Shown piece by piece: positions 26,533-41,020 of a stretch of DNA of 64,000 nucleotides. The DNA comes from the human T2T-CHM13v2.0 reference genome, Homo sapiens: the NCBI RefSeq assembly GCF_009914755.1, contig NC_060928.1; one strand, written 5' to 3'. The stretch's first letter is position 1, and each line of letters starts with the position of its first letter. A program made the translations under genes and the position numbers. Below the pieces are notes generated by a model. The model was given only the letters and a program-made list of their open reading frames with translations. It ran no database searches and had not been told where the DNA came from.

Positions 26533-28033
26533 GTTTGAGAGGGATGTTTAATCCATTTACATTCAGTGTGATTACTGAGAAAGTTGGATTTGTATCTGCC
26601 ATTTCTAAATTTGTTTACTATATTGTCTTTTTTGTCTTTCTTCCTTTATTTCTCCATTACTTTTTTGTGTTAAATGGACATTTAATTCTCTTGTAACATT
26701 GTAATTTCCTTGTCTGTTTTACTGGGTTTTTTTAAAAGTAACTTTCTTAGCAGCTGCTCTGAGTATTACAGTAACAACGTAAAACCAATCAAGTGTTCAG
26801 ATGAACTTAATATAATGTACAAAAACCTTCACTTCAAGTAGCTTTGTTTCCTCTCAGCTTCTTGGTGCTGTATTTGTCATATAAATGCTACCTTTTAGAT
26901 TGTAAGTCCGTCAGCAGTCTTGTAATTATTGCTTTATGCAGTTGTCTTTTAAATCACATAGAAGAAGAAAAGATGTACAAACAGAAATGAGTTTCTGCTG
27001 TCTCTGTTGCTGGCTTTGCAGTTGTCTTTTTTGGTGCTCTTTGTGTGGATTTGAGTGTGGTGTCTTGGACTTCAGCCTCAAGTATTTCTTGTAGGACAGA
27101 TCTTCTAGCAATGAATTCTCTTTGTTTTTGTTTATCTGAGAATGTTGTAATTTTTCCTTCTCTTCTGAAGAATAATTGTGCTGGATATGGCTGACTTGGT
27201 TGGCCCTCTTTTTCTTTCAGTCCTCTATAGATGTCATTCCACTGCCTCTGGCATCTGTGGTTTCCATGGCGGGAGCACCGCACCATGTCTCAGTCTCTTT
27301 TTAGCTTCTGACTGTTTGACTGTGGTGTGTCTAATTGTGGATCTTTCAGTGTGTCCTACCTGCAGTTCTTTGAGCTTCTTGGATATAGAGGTTAATATTT
27401 CTTGTAGTCTGATTGTTTACATCTTCTCTTCACTTATTGATCTTCTGCCTAGTTATATTGATATTGAATGTGGGTATTGAATCCTTCGGTTTTGTCAGCT
27501 TCATGTTCAGCCAGTGACTGGACAGGGGACCCCTTTAAGTGCTTTGCACCAGTAACTCTCATGGTTCTGCTGACACACAGTTGATGTGTGGTGAGTATGC
27601 CTTCAGCGCTCCATTGTGGTTCTGCAAATTTGGGAAATTTTAGGTTGTCGTTTCTCGAAATATTTTATGTCCATGTTCTCTTCCCCCACTTGGACTCCAG
27701 CTACGTGTGTTGATGTGGAGCTGGGCACAGCCTTGGAGGCCTCCTTGACTTTCCTTTATTCCGGAATTTTTTCTTCTTCTCAGAATGGGTCATCTCAGTT
27801 GACCTATCTTCAAGGTCACAGATGCTTTTGCCAAACAAAACCTGATGTCAAGCTGCTCTAGTGAATTTTTCATTTCAGTTATTGTACTTTTCTACTCCAA
27901 ACTTCCATTTGGCTCTCTCCTATAATTTCTGTATCTTTACTCATATTCTTTGTTTAGTGAAACATTCTCATACTTTAATTCTGTAGACACAGTTTCCTTT
28001 AGTTATTTGAACATATGTGTAGAAGCTGATTTA

Positions 28034-28310
<277 letters not shown>

Positions 28311-29154
28311 TTATTCAGGGGAAGTTCCTATTGATGACCTTTTTTCCCATGTCAGAGCCAAGGAAATAACATACTCTTTCTTTGTGGTCTCATATATATG
28401 TATTTTTTGAAGACTGGACACTTTAATAATGTGCTGTGCAACTCTGGAAATCAGATACCCTCTCCACGAGTTTATTGTTGTTCTGTTGCTGTTACCTTTT
28501 GTTTAGTGTGTGTTCTGGACTAATTTGAAGTGTCCACCTCATCAGCTTCATGTTCAGCCAGTGACTGGACAGAGGACCCCTTTAAGTGCTTTGCACCAGT
28601 AACTCTCACGGTTCTGCCGACACGCAGTTGATGCATGGTGAGTGTGCCTTCAGCGCTCCATCGCGGTTCTGCTGACACGCAGTTGATATGTGGTCAGTGC
28701 TCCAGCAGGCAGCTGCCAACTGTGCCTTTGCCTTCACTTCTTACTTGCACACAGCCACAAAGCCAGCCAGAGGTGAGGGCCAGGGCAGCTCAGGTTCCTC
28801 TCGGGCACACACACAGCTCTGTGCCTGTGTGGGCACAGCCTTCCATGCCTCCAGGAGTGTGGCAGAGCTTCTCAGCGGCCACTGTGGGCATCTCGTTCCT
28901 CAGATCTTCCTTTCATGAGTTATGTAGTTGAATTATCAATCTTTCTTGGCTTCTAAGTTTTGTGTTCTACTTAGAATGCTCTTCCCCCTTAAAGATTATA
29001 TTTGAAATGTTTTCCATGTTTTCTTCTAGTACTTTTATGGGTTTCATTTTCATATTGAAATCATTGATCTACTTCTAGTTTTTGATACAAAATGTGAGCC
29101 AGGAAACCCAGTTTTTAAATTTCAAATAGCTGTCCAGGTGTCCCTGCACCTCTT

Positions 29155-30036
29155 ATGCATGAGCCCTCGCTTTGTGCCAATGTGGAGTGCCCGCCTGCTC
29201 ACACGTGCCCATGTGGAGTGCCCGCCTGCTCATGTGCCCATGTGGAGTGCCCGCCTGCTCACACATGTCGATGCGGAGTGCCCGCCTGCTCACACATGCC
29301 CATGTGGAGTGCCCGCCTGCTCACACGTGCCCATGTGGAGTGCCCGCCTGCTCACACACGTGTCCATGTGGAGTGCCCACCTGCTCATGTGCCCATGTGG
29401 AGTGCCCACCTGCTCACATGTGCCGATGTGGAGTGCCACCTGCTCACACACGTGCCCATGTGGAGTGCCCGCCTGCTCACGTGCCCATGTGGAGTGCCCG
29501 CCTGCTCACACGTGCCGATGCGGAGTGCCCGCCTGCTCACACGTGCCCATGCGGAGTGCCCGCCTGCTCACACGTGCCCATGCGGAGTGCCCGCCTGCTC
29601 ACACGTGCCCATGCGGAGTGCCCGCCTGCTCACACGTGCCGACGTGGAGTGCCCGCCTGCTCACACGTGCCATTGTGGAGTGCCCGCCTGCTCACACACA
29701 TGCCGATGTGGAGTGCCCGCCTGCTCACACGTGCCCATGTGGAGTGCCCGCCTGCTCACACGTGCCCATGTGGAGTGCCCGCCTGCTCACACACGTGCCC
29801 ATGTGGAGTGCCCGCCTGCTCACACGTGCCCATGTGGAGTGCCTGCCTGCTCACACACGTGCCCATGTGGAGTGCCCGCCTGCTCACACAAAGCCCTGGC
29901 ATGGTGGTTCTGTAGGTTTCCTGTCCTGCCGGCCGAGTCAGACGCTGTTACCGTACATTCTACTCATGGTGGCTTTTTAATACGTTTTTATGTCAAGGAT
30001 CCCTTTTATATTTCTCTGCACCTCGAGATAACGTAG
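29155..30036 (+). CDS. CRIPAK: CRIPAK-type intronless Cys-rich ORF encoded by a VNTR (293 aa here); coding status doubtful
   Basis: ATG at 29155. N-terminus MHEPSLCANVECPPAHTCPCGVPACS and C-terminus ...KALAWWFCRFPVLPAESDAVTVHSTHGGFLIRFYVKDPFYISLHLEIT are recognised as CRIPAK. The body is a ~31-bp tandem repeat. Confidence 0.6.
   Translation: MHEPSLCANVECPPAHTCPCGVPACSCAHVECPPAHTCRCGVPACSHMPMWSARLLTRAHVECPPAHTRVHVECPPAHVPMWSAHLLTCADVECHLLTHVPMWSARLLTCPCGVPACSHVPMRSARLLTRAHAECPPAHTCPCGVPACSHVPMRSARLLTRADVECPPAHTCHCGVPACSHTCRCGVPACSHVPMWSARLLTRAHVECPPAHTRAHVECPPAHTCPCGVPACSHTCPCGVPACSHKALAWWFCRFPVLPAESDAVTVHSTHGGFLIRFYVKDPFYISLHLEIT
29178..29890. repeat. ~29-33-bp VNTR underlying CRIPAK
   Basis: Unit tgtggagtgcccgcctgctcac(ac)0-2gtgccca, ~23 copies. 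Confidence 0.95.
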
Positions 30037-30153
30037 GAATATTAGGGATGAGATGGAAGAGGAGAGGGTGTTTTTGTAAAATTGAATTCAGGACTGATTT
30101 GTTAGCCTGGTGCTTTTCGTATCAGACCTTTTAATGAATTTTCATGGATGCTG

Positions 30154-30159
30154 ATTAAA
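30154..30159 (+). terminator. Candidate polyadenylation signal ATTAAA with downstream GU-rich element
   Basis: ctgATTAAAagac followed ~15-30 nt later by tgtgactcagtgtttgtg; ~120 nt after the CRIPAK stop. Confidence 0.55.
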
Positions 30160-31624
30160 AGACAAACCTGTGACTCAGTGTTTGTGACCAAGTGAGGGGC
30201 CCTGTGGGGTGGGGGTGCTGGGCCGGCCCTTCTGGCTGGTGGGGTGAGGGGTGGGGCCTGTGCACCTGGGAGCAGCTCCAGCACTGCGGGCTCAGGGCAC
30301 TGTCAGTGACTTGGCACTAAGGGGGTGCTGGGGGTGGGCCCTCCTCAGATCCCCTCAGCAAACCCCTTCCACCCACACTTGCCACAAAGTGGTTTGGGTC
30401 CCCATGAGCCAGGCAGATGGGGGGGGGAGGAGCCTGGGGGGGTCTGGCCTGCAGATGCACGTAGGGGCTACTGGTACGGCTCACAGTGGGAGGGGGCCCG
30501 TGCCAGCTGGTCCAGCATGCTGCTGCCCTCATCCAGGGCAGACTGGCTGAGGTTGGCCCGGAGAGCAGCAGGGGGTGAGTGCGAGGAGTGACCAAGGGAG
30601 GACTGGTGGGCATGGGTCACAGCCCCAGCGCTGGGGTGGATGGGCCACCATGGAAAGTGGTGTCAGGGTTAGCAACACAGAACCAGAAACTCCAAATAAG
30701 AGTGGCTCGTAGACAGAAGGGTTTGTGTCCTATTGAATCAGGGTCCAAGGGTAGGCGCCCCCAAGCACCTTCCAGTTCCTGGCTCAGTATCAGAGCACGT
30801 GGCCTCCAACCCCAAGGCTACCTCATGGCCCAAGGTGGCTGCTGGGGCTCCAGCCATCACCAGGTCTGCAGAAGGAAGGAGGAGGGCTTTGCCTCCCCTC
30901 TGAGCTGATTCCCATAAGGAGCCTTCTCAGTCCCCTACCCCCACACACACTGTTCATGTCGACTTGGCCAGAACCTAGTCACAGGCAGCACCCAGCTGCC
31001 TGCTGCCCCAGAGGCAGGACATGTGGAGCTCAGCTCATCTGAGATGAGCGCTCAGCCACAGCCTCCCAGGGAAAGAGAGAAGGCGTCTGCACCAGCAGAG
31101 CTGTCTCCAAAGGGGACCACACTGCAGGGCAGTCGGGAGGAGGTGGGACATGGACATCCCCAGGTTGTCACCCATGAGCAAGGTCCCCCCCCAGTGGATG
31201 AGATGCCCCCACCCCACGGGCCTCTGTGGATGAAAAGGTGACCTTGGGATGGGGGAGGAGCAACAGTGCCAGAGGCAGGTGGGGGCCACAGTGGTCGTGA
31301 GGGCAGGGATGGGGCTCAGCCCTGCCTCCTCCCTCAGGTGCAGTCCTGCAGCCCTGCCTGGCTGCCCACCCCTGCCCCTTCCTCCCTGTGCTCACCTCCC
31401 TCTGCTGCTGAGCTATTCGTCCAGCCTCACCTCCCCGCCTCCCAGCTGACGCTGTGCACAGCTGGCCAGAAGAGACCAGGAGTGAGGGGGCACTCAGTCA
31501 CCAGGGAAGAGATGGGGGACCCAGGTGGCCATCACAAGCAGGACACTGGGTGTGGGGAGGCCTGAGCACCGCAGGGAGGTCCTAGGGATGGGGGGACAAC
31601 GTGGCGGTGGCCAGGGGGGATGTT

Positions 31625-32935
31625 GGATGCAGGGTGTTTTCGGGCATCTGGATGTGAGTAGATCAGGTTGGATGCCGGGTGTTTTCGGGCATCTGGATGT
31701 GGGTAGATCAGGTTGGATGCCGGGTGCTTTCGGGCATCTGGATGTGGGTAGATCAGGTTGGATGCCGGGTGTTTTCGGGCATCTGGATGTGGGTAGATCA
31801 GGTTGGATGCCGGGTGTTTTCGGGCATCTGGATGTGGGTAGATCAGGTTGGATGCAGGGTGTTTTCGGGCATCTGGATGTGGGTAGATCAGGTTGGATGC
31901 AGGGTGTTTTCGGGCATCTGGATGTGGGTAGATCAGGTTGGATGCAGGGTGTTTTCGGGCATCTGGATGTGGGTAGATCAGGTTGGATGCAGGGTGTTTT
32001 CGGGCATCTGGATGTGGGTAGATCAGGTTGGATGCCGGGTGTTTTCGGGCATCTGGATGTGGGTAGATCAGGTTGGATGCAGGGTGTTTTCGGGCATCTG
32101 GATGTGGGTAGATCAGGTTGGATGCCGGGTGTTTTCGGGCATCTGGATGTGGGTAGATCAGGTTGGATGCCGGGTGTTTTCGGGCATCTGGATGTGGGTA
32201 GATCAGGTTGGATGCCGGGTGTTTTCGGGCATCTGGATGTGAGTAGATCAGGTTGGATACAGGGTGTTTTCGGGCATCTGGATGTGGGTAGATCAGGTTG
32301 GATGCAGGGTGTTTTCGGGCATCTGGATGTGGGTAGATCAGGTTGGATGCAGGGTGTTTTCGGGCATCTGGATGTGGGTAGATCAGGTTGGATGCCGGGT
32401 GTTTTCGGGCATCTGGATGTGGGTAGATCAGGTTGGATGCCGGGTGTTTTCGGGCATCTGGATGTGGGTAGATCAGGTTGGATGCCGGGTGTTTTCGGGC
32501 ATCTGGATGTGGGTAGATCAGGTTGGATGCAGGGTGTTTTCGGGCATCTGGATGTGAGTAGATCAGGTTGGATGCCGGGTGTTTTCGGGCATCTGGATGT
32601 GGGTAGATCAGGTTGGATGCAGGGTGTTTTCGGGCATCTGGATGTGAGTAGATCAGGTTGGATGCCGGGTGTTTTCGGGCATCTGGATGTGGGTAGATCA
32701 GGTTGGATGCCGGGTGTTTTCGGGCATCTGGATGTGGGTAGATCAGGTTGGATGCCGGGTGTTTTCGGGCATCTGGATGTGGGTAGATCAGGTTGGATGC
32801 AGGGTGTTTTCGGGCATCTGGATGTGAGTAGATCAGGTTGGATGCCGGGTGTTTTCGGGCATCTGGATGTGGGTAGATCAGGTTGGATGCAGGGTGTTTT
32901 CGGGCATCTGGATATGGGTAGATTGGGTTGGATGT
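31625..32935. repeat. 45-bp VNTR, ~29 near-identical copies
   Basis: ggatgc(a/c)gggtgttttcgggcatctggatgtg(g/a)gtagatcaggtt. Confidence 0.97.
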
Positions 32936-33044
32936 GGGGAGGGTGCTTGGTGCCTGGGGTTTGCTCTGAGGCTGTGGGGCTGGCTTGGTCTGGGAGGAGC
33001 TTGGTCTGGCTTTGTGGTGCCTGGAGGGCCCCTGGCCCCCGGGG

Positions 33045-33172
33045 GGACATCGCAGGGCAAGGACAGGGCGAGGCACACCATTACCAGGACACTGCGGGGC
33101 AAGGACAGGGAGAAGCACACCATTGCCAGGACATCGCGGGGCAAGGACAGGGCCAGGCACACCATTGCCATG
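33045..33172. repeat. 42-bp tandem repeat, 3 copies
   Basis: ggaca..gc.gggcaaggacaggg...gcacaccatt.cca. Confidence 0.85.
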
Positions 33173-36100
33173 GCAGGAAGGCAAGTGGAGGATGAGGGTT
33201 CCCCAAGCCCAGGCTGCCCAGGACTCGGAGCAGGAGGAACCAGCCACCAAGTGAGCAGGGGGCTGAGGAGGCCACGCCAGGATGGGGCAGCCAAGGGCCC
33301 GAGTGACGGCGAGAGCCTCCTTAGGGGTGGAGAAGTGAGGAGGAAGTGTAGACAGCAGGTGTAGACGGCTCTTTCGATACTTTGGCTGGAGGCTGGGAGG
33401 AAAGGGGGAGAGCTGGAGGCCACACGGGGTCCAGGGAGGGTTATGCCTAAGCCTGGAGACACTGGACGCATCTGAAGCCCAGCAGGGGCTGTCTCCCCTG
33501 GCAGGACGCAGGCAGGTGACAAGATCCTATGGCTGGAAGATGGGCTTGGACCTGTGGCCAACCCAGGGTGGGGTTATGGAGAGGGTACACCAGACACCTT
33601 AGGGTGTAGGAGCTGGGTGCCCACCAAGGTCGAGGCCCTGGGCTTCGGAAAAGACCAGGCGGGCTGAGGGCGACTTTCTTCAGAAGCCCAGCTGCCTGGG
33701 GCTGGGGGTGTGGGCAGGTGGGCATGGGTGGGGAGCACAGGGGGGCTCGGCAGGGGCAGCCGGTGGCCCCAATCCATCCTCACCTTTCACTAGGAGTGAG
33801 ATGCCTGGGGGGAGACTGCACTTCCCAGCCTCCCTTGGCTAAGAGAGGGCCCGTGACCCAGCTCTGGCCAATGGGACATAAGCAGCTGTGTTGTGTGGGC
33901 TTCCGGGAAAGCTCCTTAAAAGAGAGGGGTGTTGCTGGCCACTCCCTTTCTTCCTGTTTGCAGCCGGGGGTGAGGATGTGGTGGCTGGAGCCTCAGTTTC
34001 CATTGGGTTCTGTGAGGCTGAGGCCCGTCCAGGCCTGATGCAGCACAGAGAGCCAGGAGCTGGGTCTCCAAGGACTCAGTGAAGGTCTCAAAACTGCCCA
34101 GGGCTGCCACGGCCAGAATTCCCTCACAAAGAGAAAGTAAACAGTCTCCTTTCAACTCTCTTCATTCAGGTTTTCTCTTACACGCAGCCAAACCCAGGCC
34201 TGACCCACACAGCAATGGACCACAGCACCATCGGCTGGTGGGGGTGGGGAGGTGGCCTCAATGGGAGGCCCCTTACCGTCTGGGCTCAGCGGTCCCTGGG
34301 CAGGAGACGGGAGCCCAGGGCGTGAGAGCAAACGCCGCCCTTGTCTGGGCTCATGCTCGCTTGACAAGAGGCCCCTTCTGTGCCTGGCTTTGCAGCAACG
34401 ACATGTGTGTGGTTCTGGGAACTTGGGGCAGGTGTGGTCCAGGGCAAGATGGGTCCTGAGCCCTAGGAGGAGGGTCCATGGAAGAGTGCCCTCAGATCCT
34501 GAGGTTGAGACCTTCCCTCACGGCCCTGACACCAAAGTGGGGGACACGTTGAGACCCCTAACAAGGCTCCCGCTCACCTCTGCCTGCAGCACAGGCCCAG
34601 GGAGCTGAAACTGAGTCAGGCACAGGCAGCCTAGACTGGAAATGGCGGGCAGGGGAGGCCCAAACCTGGTGGAAATGGGGGTGGTGGGGCAGCCCGAGGG
34701 CTCCCTGGGAGGCAGGCAAGGGAATGGCTCCCCAACTCTCCCAGGGAGACTGGGGGCCTGGGGACCCAGTAGGAGTGTGGGCTAAAAAGTGGAGGCTCCT
34801 TCAGGAGGGAGCAGGGCACCCACTGGCACCAGAGCTGGCACTGCCCCCAGCAAGCCCCATGACTGCCGGGCCTCAGTTTCCCACATGTGACTCTCAGCAA
34901 AGCACAGTGGGAGGCTCAGGTGGCTTTGCACGCAGTCCGACTCCGACGAGGGTCCGCTGCAGAGTGACTGTGAATCAGAGACTGGAGGAAATGCCCCCCA
35001 TGCCTGCAGCATGAGGCTGTGGGCTGTCCAGGGAGCTTAGAGAAGGGGTGGTGCAAGGAGGGGGGTATTGCTTCCCAGACCTCACAGCCCCCGGCCCATA
35101 CCCTCCATCCCATCCTGCAGCCCAGGGGCACTGCTAGAGGGCCCTCCGGTGTGGCTCTGTGTTTCTGGCTGAGGCTTGAGGGGAGGAGACAGAGGAGGCC
35201 AGGGTGGGGGCATGTGGAAGCTGGAGGGACGGGGAGCCAGGATCTAAGCTCCATGGGAGGGCTGCACACAGCGGTCTGGCCCGGCTCTGAGTGGGTCTGA
35301 ATCTGGCCTGCACCGTCGCAGCCACCTTCTATCATCTCCCTGTGGGGCTGTGAGCTCCTGGAATGTTCCAGCAAGCTCAGCAAAGGGGAAGGCCCTTGCA
35401 GCACAGACCTGGGTTCCTCCTGGCCACGCAGCAGCTGCTTTCCCACTCAGCAGCCCCAGTGCCCAGCTTAGGCCAAGCCCGCTGCACTGGCTTCAGCTGT
35501 GAGTCGACCCTCTGGCTACACTTGGCCACCTGCAGGTGGCTCGCCTTCCCTCATGGACCCCCACCGAGCAAGTCTGAGCTCTGCCAGCGGAGGGAGGAGG
35601 GAGGAGGGAGGAGGGAGGAGGGAGAGGCTGCCCTGCCCCCGGGCTGGTGAGCCTCAGGACGCTTGCTGCAGGCAGGTGACTTCACCTATGCGGACCCAGA
35701 AAGGGAGCAGAGAGCAACTGGGAGTCAGGCCGGCCCTTGGCTGGAGGAACCAAGGCCTGCCTGGGGCTTGGGGTGTGGGGGCAGCAAACACACAGGGTGA
35801 TCCCAGCCGCCCCTGCGCCCCGCCCCCTCAACCTGCCCGATGGCCGGTGCTGCTCTGGGCCTGCTCTCTGTCCACAGGTGCTGGCCAGGCCAGTGGGCAG
35901 CAGTGTCTCCCATCTTGCCTGTGGCACTGGGTATTCACTGCCGCCACCTGCCCCCAGCCCTCCCCCAGTGGTTGCTGTCAGGTTGACAGCCCAGAGATGA
36001 GCTCAGCCCACTCACGGAAAATGGACAGGACACCAGGAGACTGGGCCCAGTCAGGGCACAGCCGCCAGGCAGAGCCAAGCTCCCTCTGTGAGGCAGGACT

Positions 36101-37006
36101 CAGGACTCCCGCCAGTGGCAGAAGAGGGGCAGCACCTGCCCGGCTGTGGCCAGTGTCTCATGCCGCCTCCCCACCCTTTCTGGGGCTCTGAACCCTCCTC
36201 CCGTCGCCCTTCCCCGCTTCCAAGCACCAGCTTTTGCATCCACACTGCCGCCCAGCCCAAGCGCCTCTGCCTCTCACCTCCCTGAGCCCAGCTCAGGCGA
36301 ACACCAAACCCACAGGACTCCGAGAGCCTGTGAGGGGATGTAGGGACTGTTTCCAGCGTCGTTGGAGGAGAGGTGGCAGCTCCAAGAGGGAGCACTCGAC
36401 CCGACTTTTGGGGGCCTGGGTCTGAATGGGCTGGGACGCTCTTGGGCAGGTAGCTGAGCCCAGGCAGCCCCTTCTCCCCGGGGAAAACAGGCAGGCGCTT
36501 CTTCCTCCAGGCAGTAGCCGAAGCTGACACCGCCCCCAAGCTGACACGCCTAGCCCGGTGCTCCCTTGCGGGGCTGTGGGGCAGGGGAGTGGGACCGGAG
36601 CAGGCTGCAGGGGTGGGGAGCAGGAGGCGGAAAATGCCGCGGCCCCACCAGCTCCATGGCTAAGAGGAGAGGCGAAGAGGAAGCAGCTGGTCACTTTCCG
36701 AGACCTGTGATCTTTTTTGGGACGGGGAGGGGGCGGTCAGGGAGGTGACGCTGGGACCTGAGCCTCAGCCAGCTTGGCGGGTGAGCCCCTGCGCTCAGCC
36801 CCTGCGCCCACGACGACGGGCAGGCACCAGCAGAGTGGCCTGAATTCCGGCCGGGGGACGCCAGGCCGGTGGGAAAACGGGCTGGAGTCCCGCTCAAGGC
36901 CAACACCCGAGGAGCCTTGGTCCCCACCGGAGAGGATTCACGGGTGGGCCCGGCCGGGCGGAGGGCGGCGCGGGAGCCTGGGAGAAGGGGGCGCGGCCGC
37001 CTGCGG

Positions 37007-37012
37007 TTTATT
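37007..37012 (-). terminator. NKX1-1 polyadenylation signal AATAAA
   Basis: tttatt on + strand (AATAAA on -), ~195 nt after the stop codon. Confidence 0.75.
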
Positions 37013-37205
37013 GATTGAGTGAAGTTCCGCAAAGTGCTTCGCAGCGGGCCGAGCCCGCGGGAGCCACCTGCCCGGCCCCGACGCGCATGGTCATTTATAA
37101 ATTTAAAACTCTTCCGTAGCAACCGGTTATGTACAGAGTCAACGACTGGAATCGTAGAAAACAGCCGGGCCCGGCAGCGGCCTCGGAGGCGGAGCGGCAC
37201 GGGGC

Positions 37206-38477
<1,272 letters not shown>

Positions 38478-40248
38478 TTAATTAAACTCATTTTGTGTAG
38501 TGTACAAACTAGTTAAGGCCATTTAATTTATTTCGGCGTATATTACCCCCCAATTACCGCCGGCGCAGGGCCAGCCAATTGCCGGGCATTTAATAACAGG
38601 CCCGGCGGTGGGGCCGGAGCCGGCCGAGAGAATGGGGCTTGGGGGACCCAAATCCTATGCCCTGGCCCCGACCCTACCTCAAGCCTCCAGGCCCTGAGCT
38701 TCGGTCGCGAGGGTCAGCCCCGGCTCCCCTGCCCGCGCCTCGGCCCCTGCGCAGAGTTGCCGCGGGTAGGGCCCTGCTCGGCCTCACCAGGAGGGCTGGG
38801 CGGGCGTGCAGGTCGGAGTGGCTCCCCGCGGCCTAAAGGCCCGGTCGGCCGAGTCTGAACAGCAGCTCCGCATCCTCCAAGCAGAGGCCCTGAAGTGACT
38901 GCATTTTGAGTCTCTGAAATTTGGAAGAAAGCATCTCTCCCAGGCAGGGTCGCCTATGCCCCGGCACTGGGGGCCTAAGTCAGGAGGAGTCGGGGCAGGT
39001 GCCCTCCACAGAGCTGCCCAGCGGCAGCCGCGGCCTGCTCTCCGGCCAGGTCGGAACCGAAATCTCCGGTAAGAAATGACCAATCGCTCCTGTCAGATTC
39101 CTCCAGGGCGACTGGCCACCTGGCATGGAGGCCAGCAGGTGGTCTGGGTCCCCGCGACCCTCAGCAGGAGTAGGATCCGCCCCTAGACGACCGCGAGCGC
39201 CGTCCCAGCCCTGCCCCGGGTGCCTGGCCCAGATGACTCCCCGGCTGTAGTATGCGCGCGCCTTCCCGGCTTCAGCGGGATCCCGGCCTTCCGCCCCATA
39301 GACTCCCCGCAGGTGGAGGCTCTGAGCGCAGCCGCCGCAGAGTCCGTAGGGTCCCCTCCACTCAGCCGGATTTGTTCGCCCTCCATCTCGGCCGACCCGG
39401 AAGAGGCCCCGCGCAGGTGCGGCCCGCAGCCTCCAGGCGCAGAGCCGGTGGCCGCGGCCCAGCCCGGTCCGCCCCGCGCTGTCCTCCCTGTGCTTCAGTA
39501 GGGCCGGAAAGTTGGAGGGAGGAGGAGGGGACACAAAAAGCAATCAGGAGCAGGTCGAATGCAATTCGCGATCAATAGCGGCCCCTAATAAGTGTAATAG
39601 GTTTTAATCGAGTAATTATCCGAATTTTGACCCTATAATTTAGATGTTCGGGGGGAGTTTGCAAGGTGCTTGAAAGAGATATGCACGCGCCGTAATGGGA
39701 TATCGACCCGACCGGGGGCGCGGGCCGCCCCATTACCGGCCGCTTTCCGCCGCTAAGCACATTTCCCCTTAACTGTAATCGAAGGGATTTAATTGTTTTT
39801 CCAGCGATAACCAGCGTTTTGTCACAATTAGTCTGATTTGTCCAAAAAAAAAGAGAGAGAGGGAGAAAGGAGGGAGGGAGGGAGGCCTCGGGCGGGCACA
39901 GTGGGGGCGGGGAGGTCACGGGCCAGCCACCGCGAGCGGCCCCTCGCCTCCTGCACCAACTACCCTTCTAGGCCGGAGACGCGCGGAGGCGAACCCTGGA
40001 CCGGCCTCACAGCCCTGCAGCCCCTGGGCCTGACCCGGCTAAGCTTCTCCAGAGGAGCCTGGCGATGCAGGCCCTGCAGTCCGGGTCGGATGGAGGCCAC
40101 GGGTGGGCTGGTGCGGACCCGGCGCTCAGCGAACTTTCCACGGAGCCTCGGCGTGGGCCAGACCCAACTCGCCACGGTGTCCCAGGGTCGTAAACGCATA
40201 GAAGCCTCCGGTCCCCCGTCCCTGCGACCTGGTGCCGGGCGCATCCTA

Positions 40249-40755
<507 letters not shown>

Positions 40756-40899
40756 CTACTGGGCTCCCATCCCTGGCGGCCCCCGCACCTCCACACGACC
40801 CCGCGCAGGCGGCCGCTGCTCCGCTCGCTCTCGGCGCCGCGCCCTGCGCTTGGCCGGTGCTGCCTTCGCCGCCGCCTTAGGCGCCCGCGGCGCCCGGTC

Positions 40900-41020
40900 C
40901 GCGCATTTATGGCAGCCCCGCCGGAGGCGCCCACGCGCCCACACGCCGAACACACGTGCGCCCGCAGGCGGCCGCGGGGCTCCGCCGCCCTCGTTAGCGC
41001 GCGCGCCTAATTGGCTGCGA
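40900..41020 (-). promoter_or_regulatory. Candidate NKX1-1 core promoter
   Basis: On the - strand, TATA-like CATAAAT at 40905-40911 and CCAAT at 41010-41014, about 100 bp apart, inside the CpG island ~190-300 nt upstream of the ATG. Confidence 0.5.

Noticed and set aside
33780-34190. Possible ancient LTR fragment (also ~30660-31000)
   Set aside because: Only weak resemblance to MaLR/ERVL LTR text; family and bounds cannot be assigned without an HMM search.
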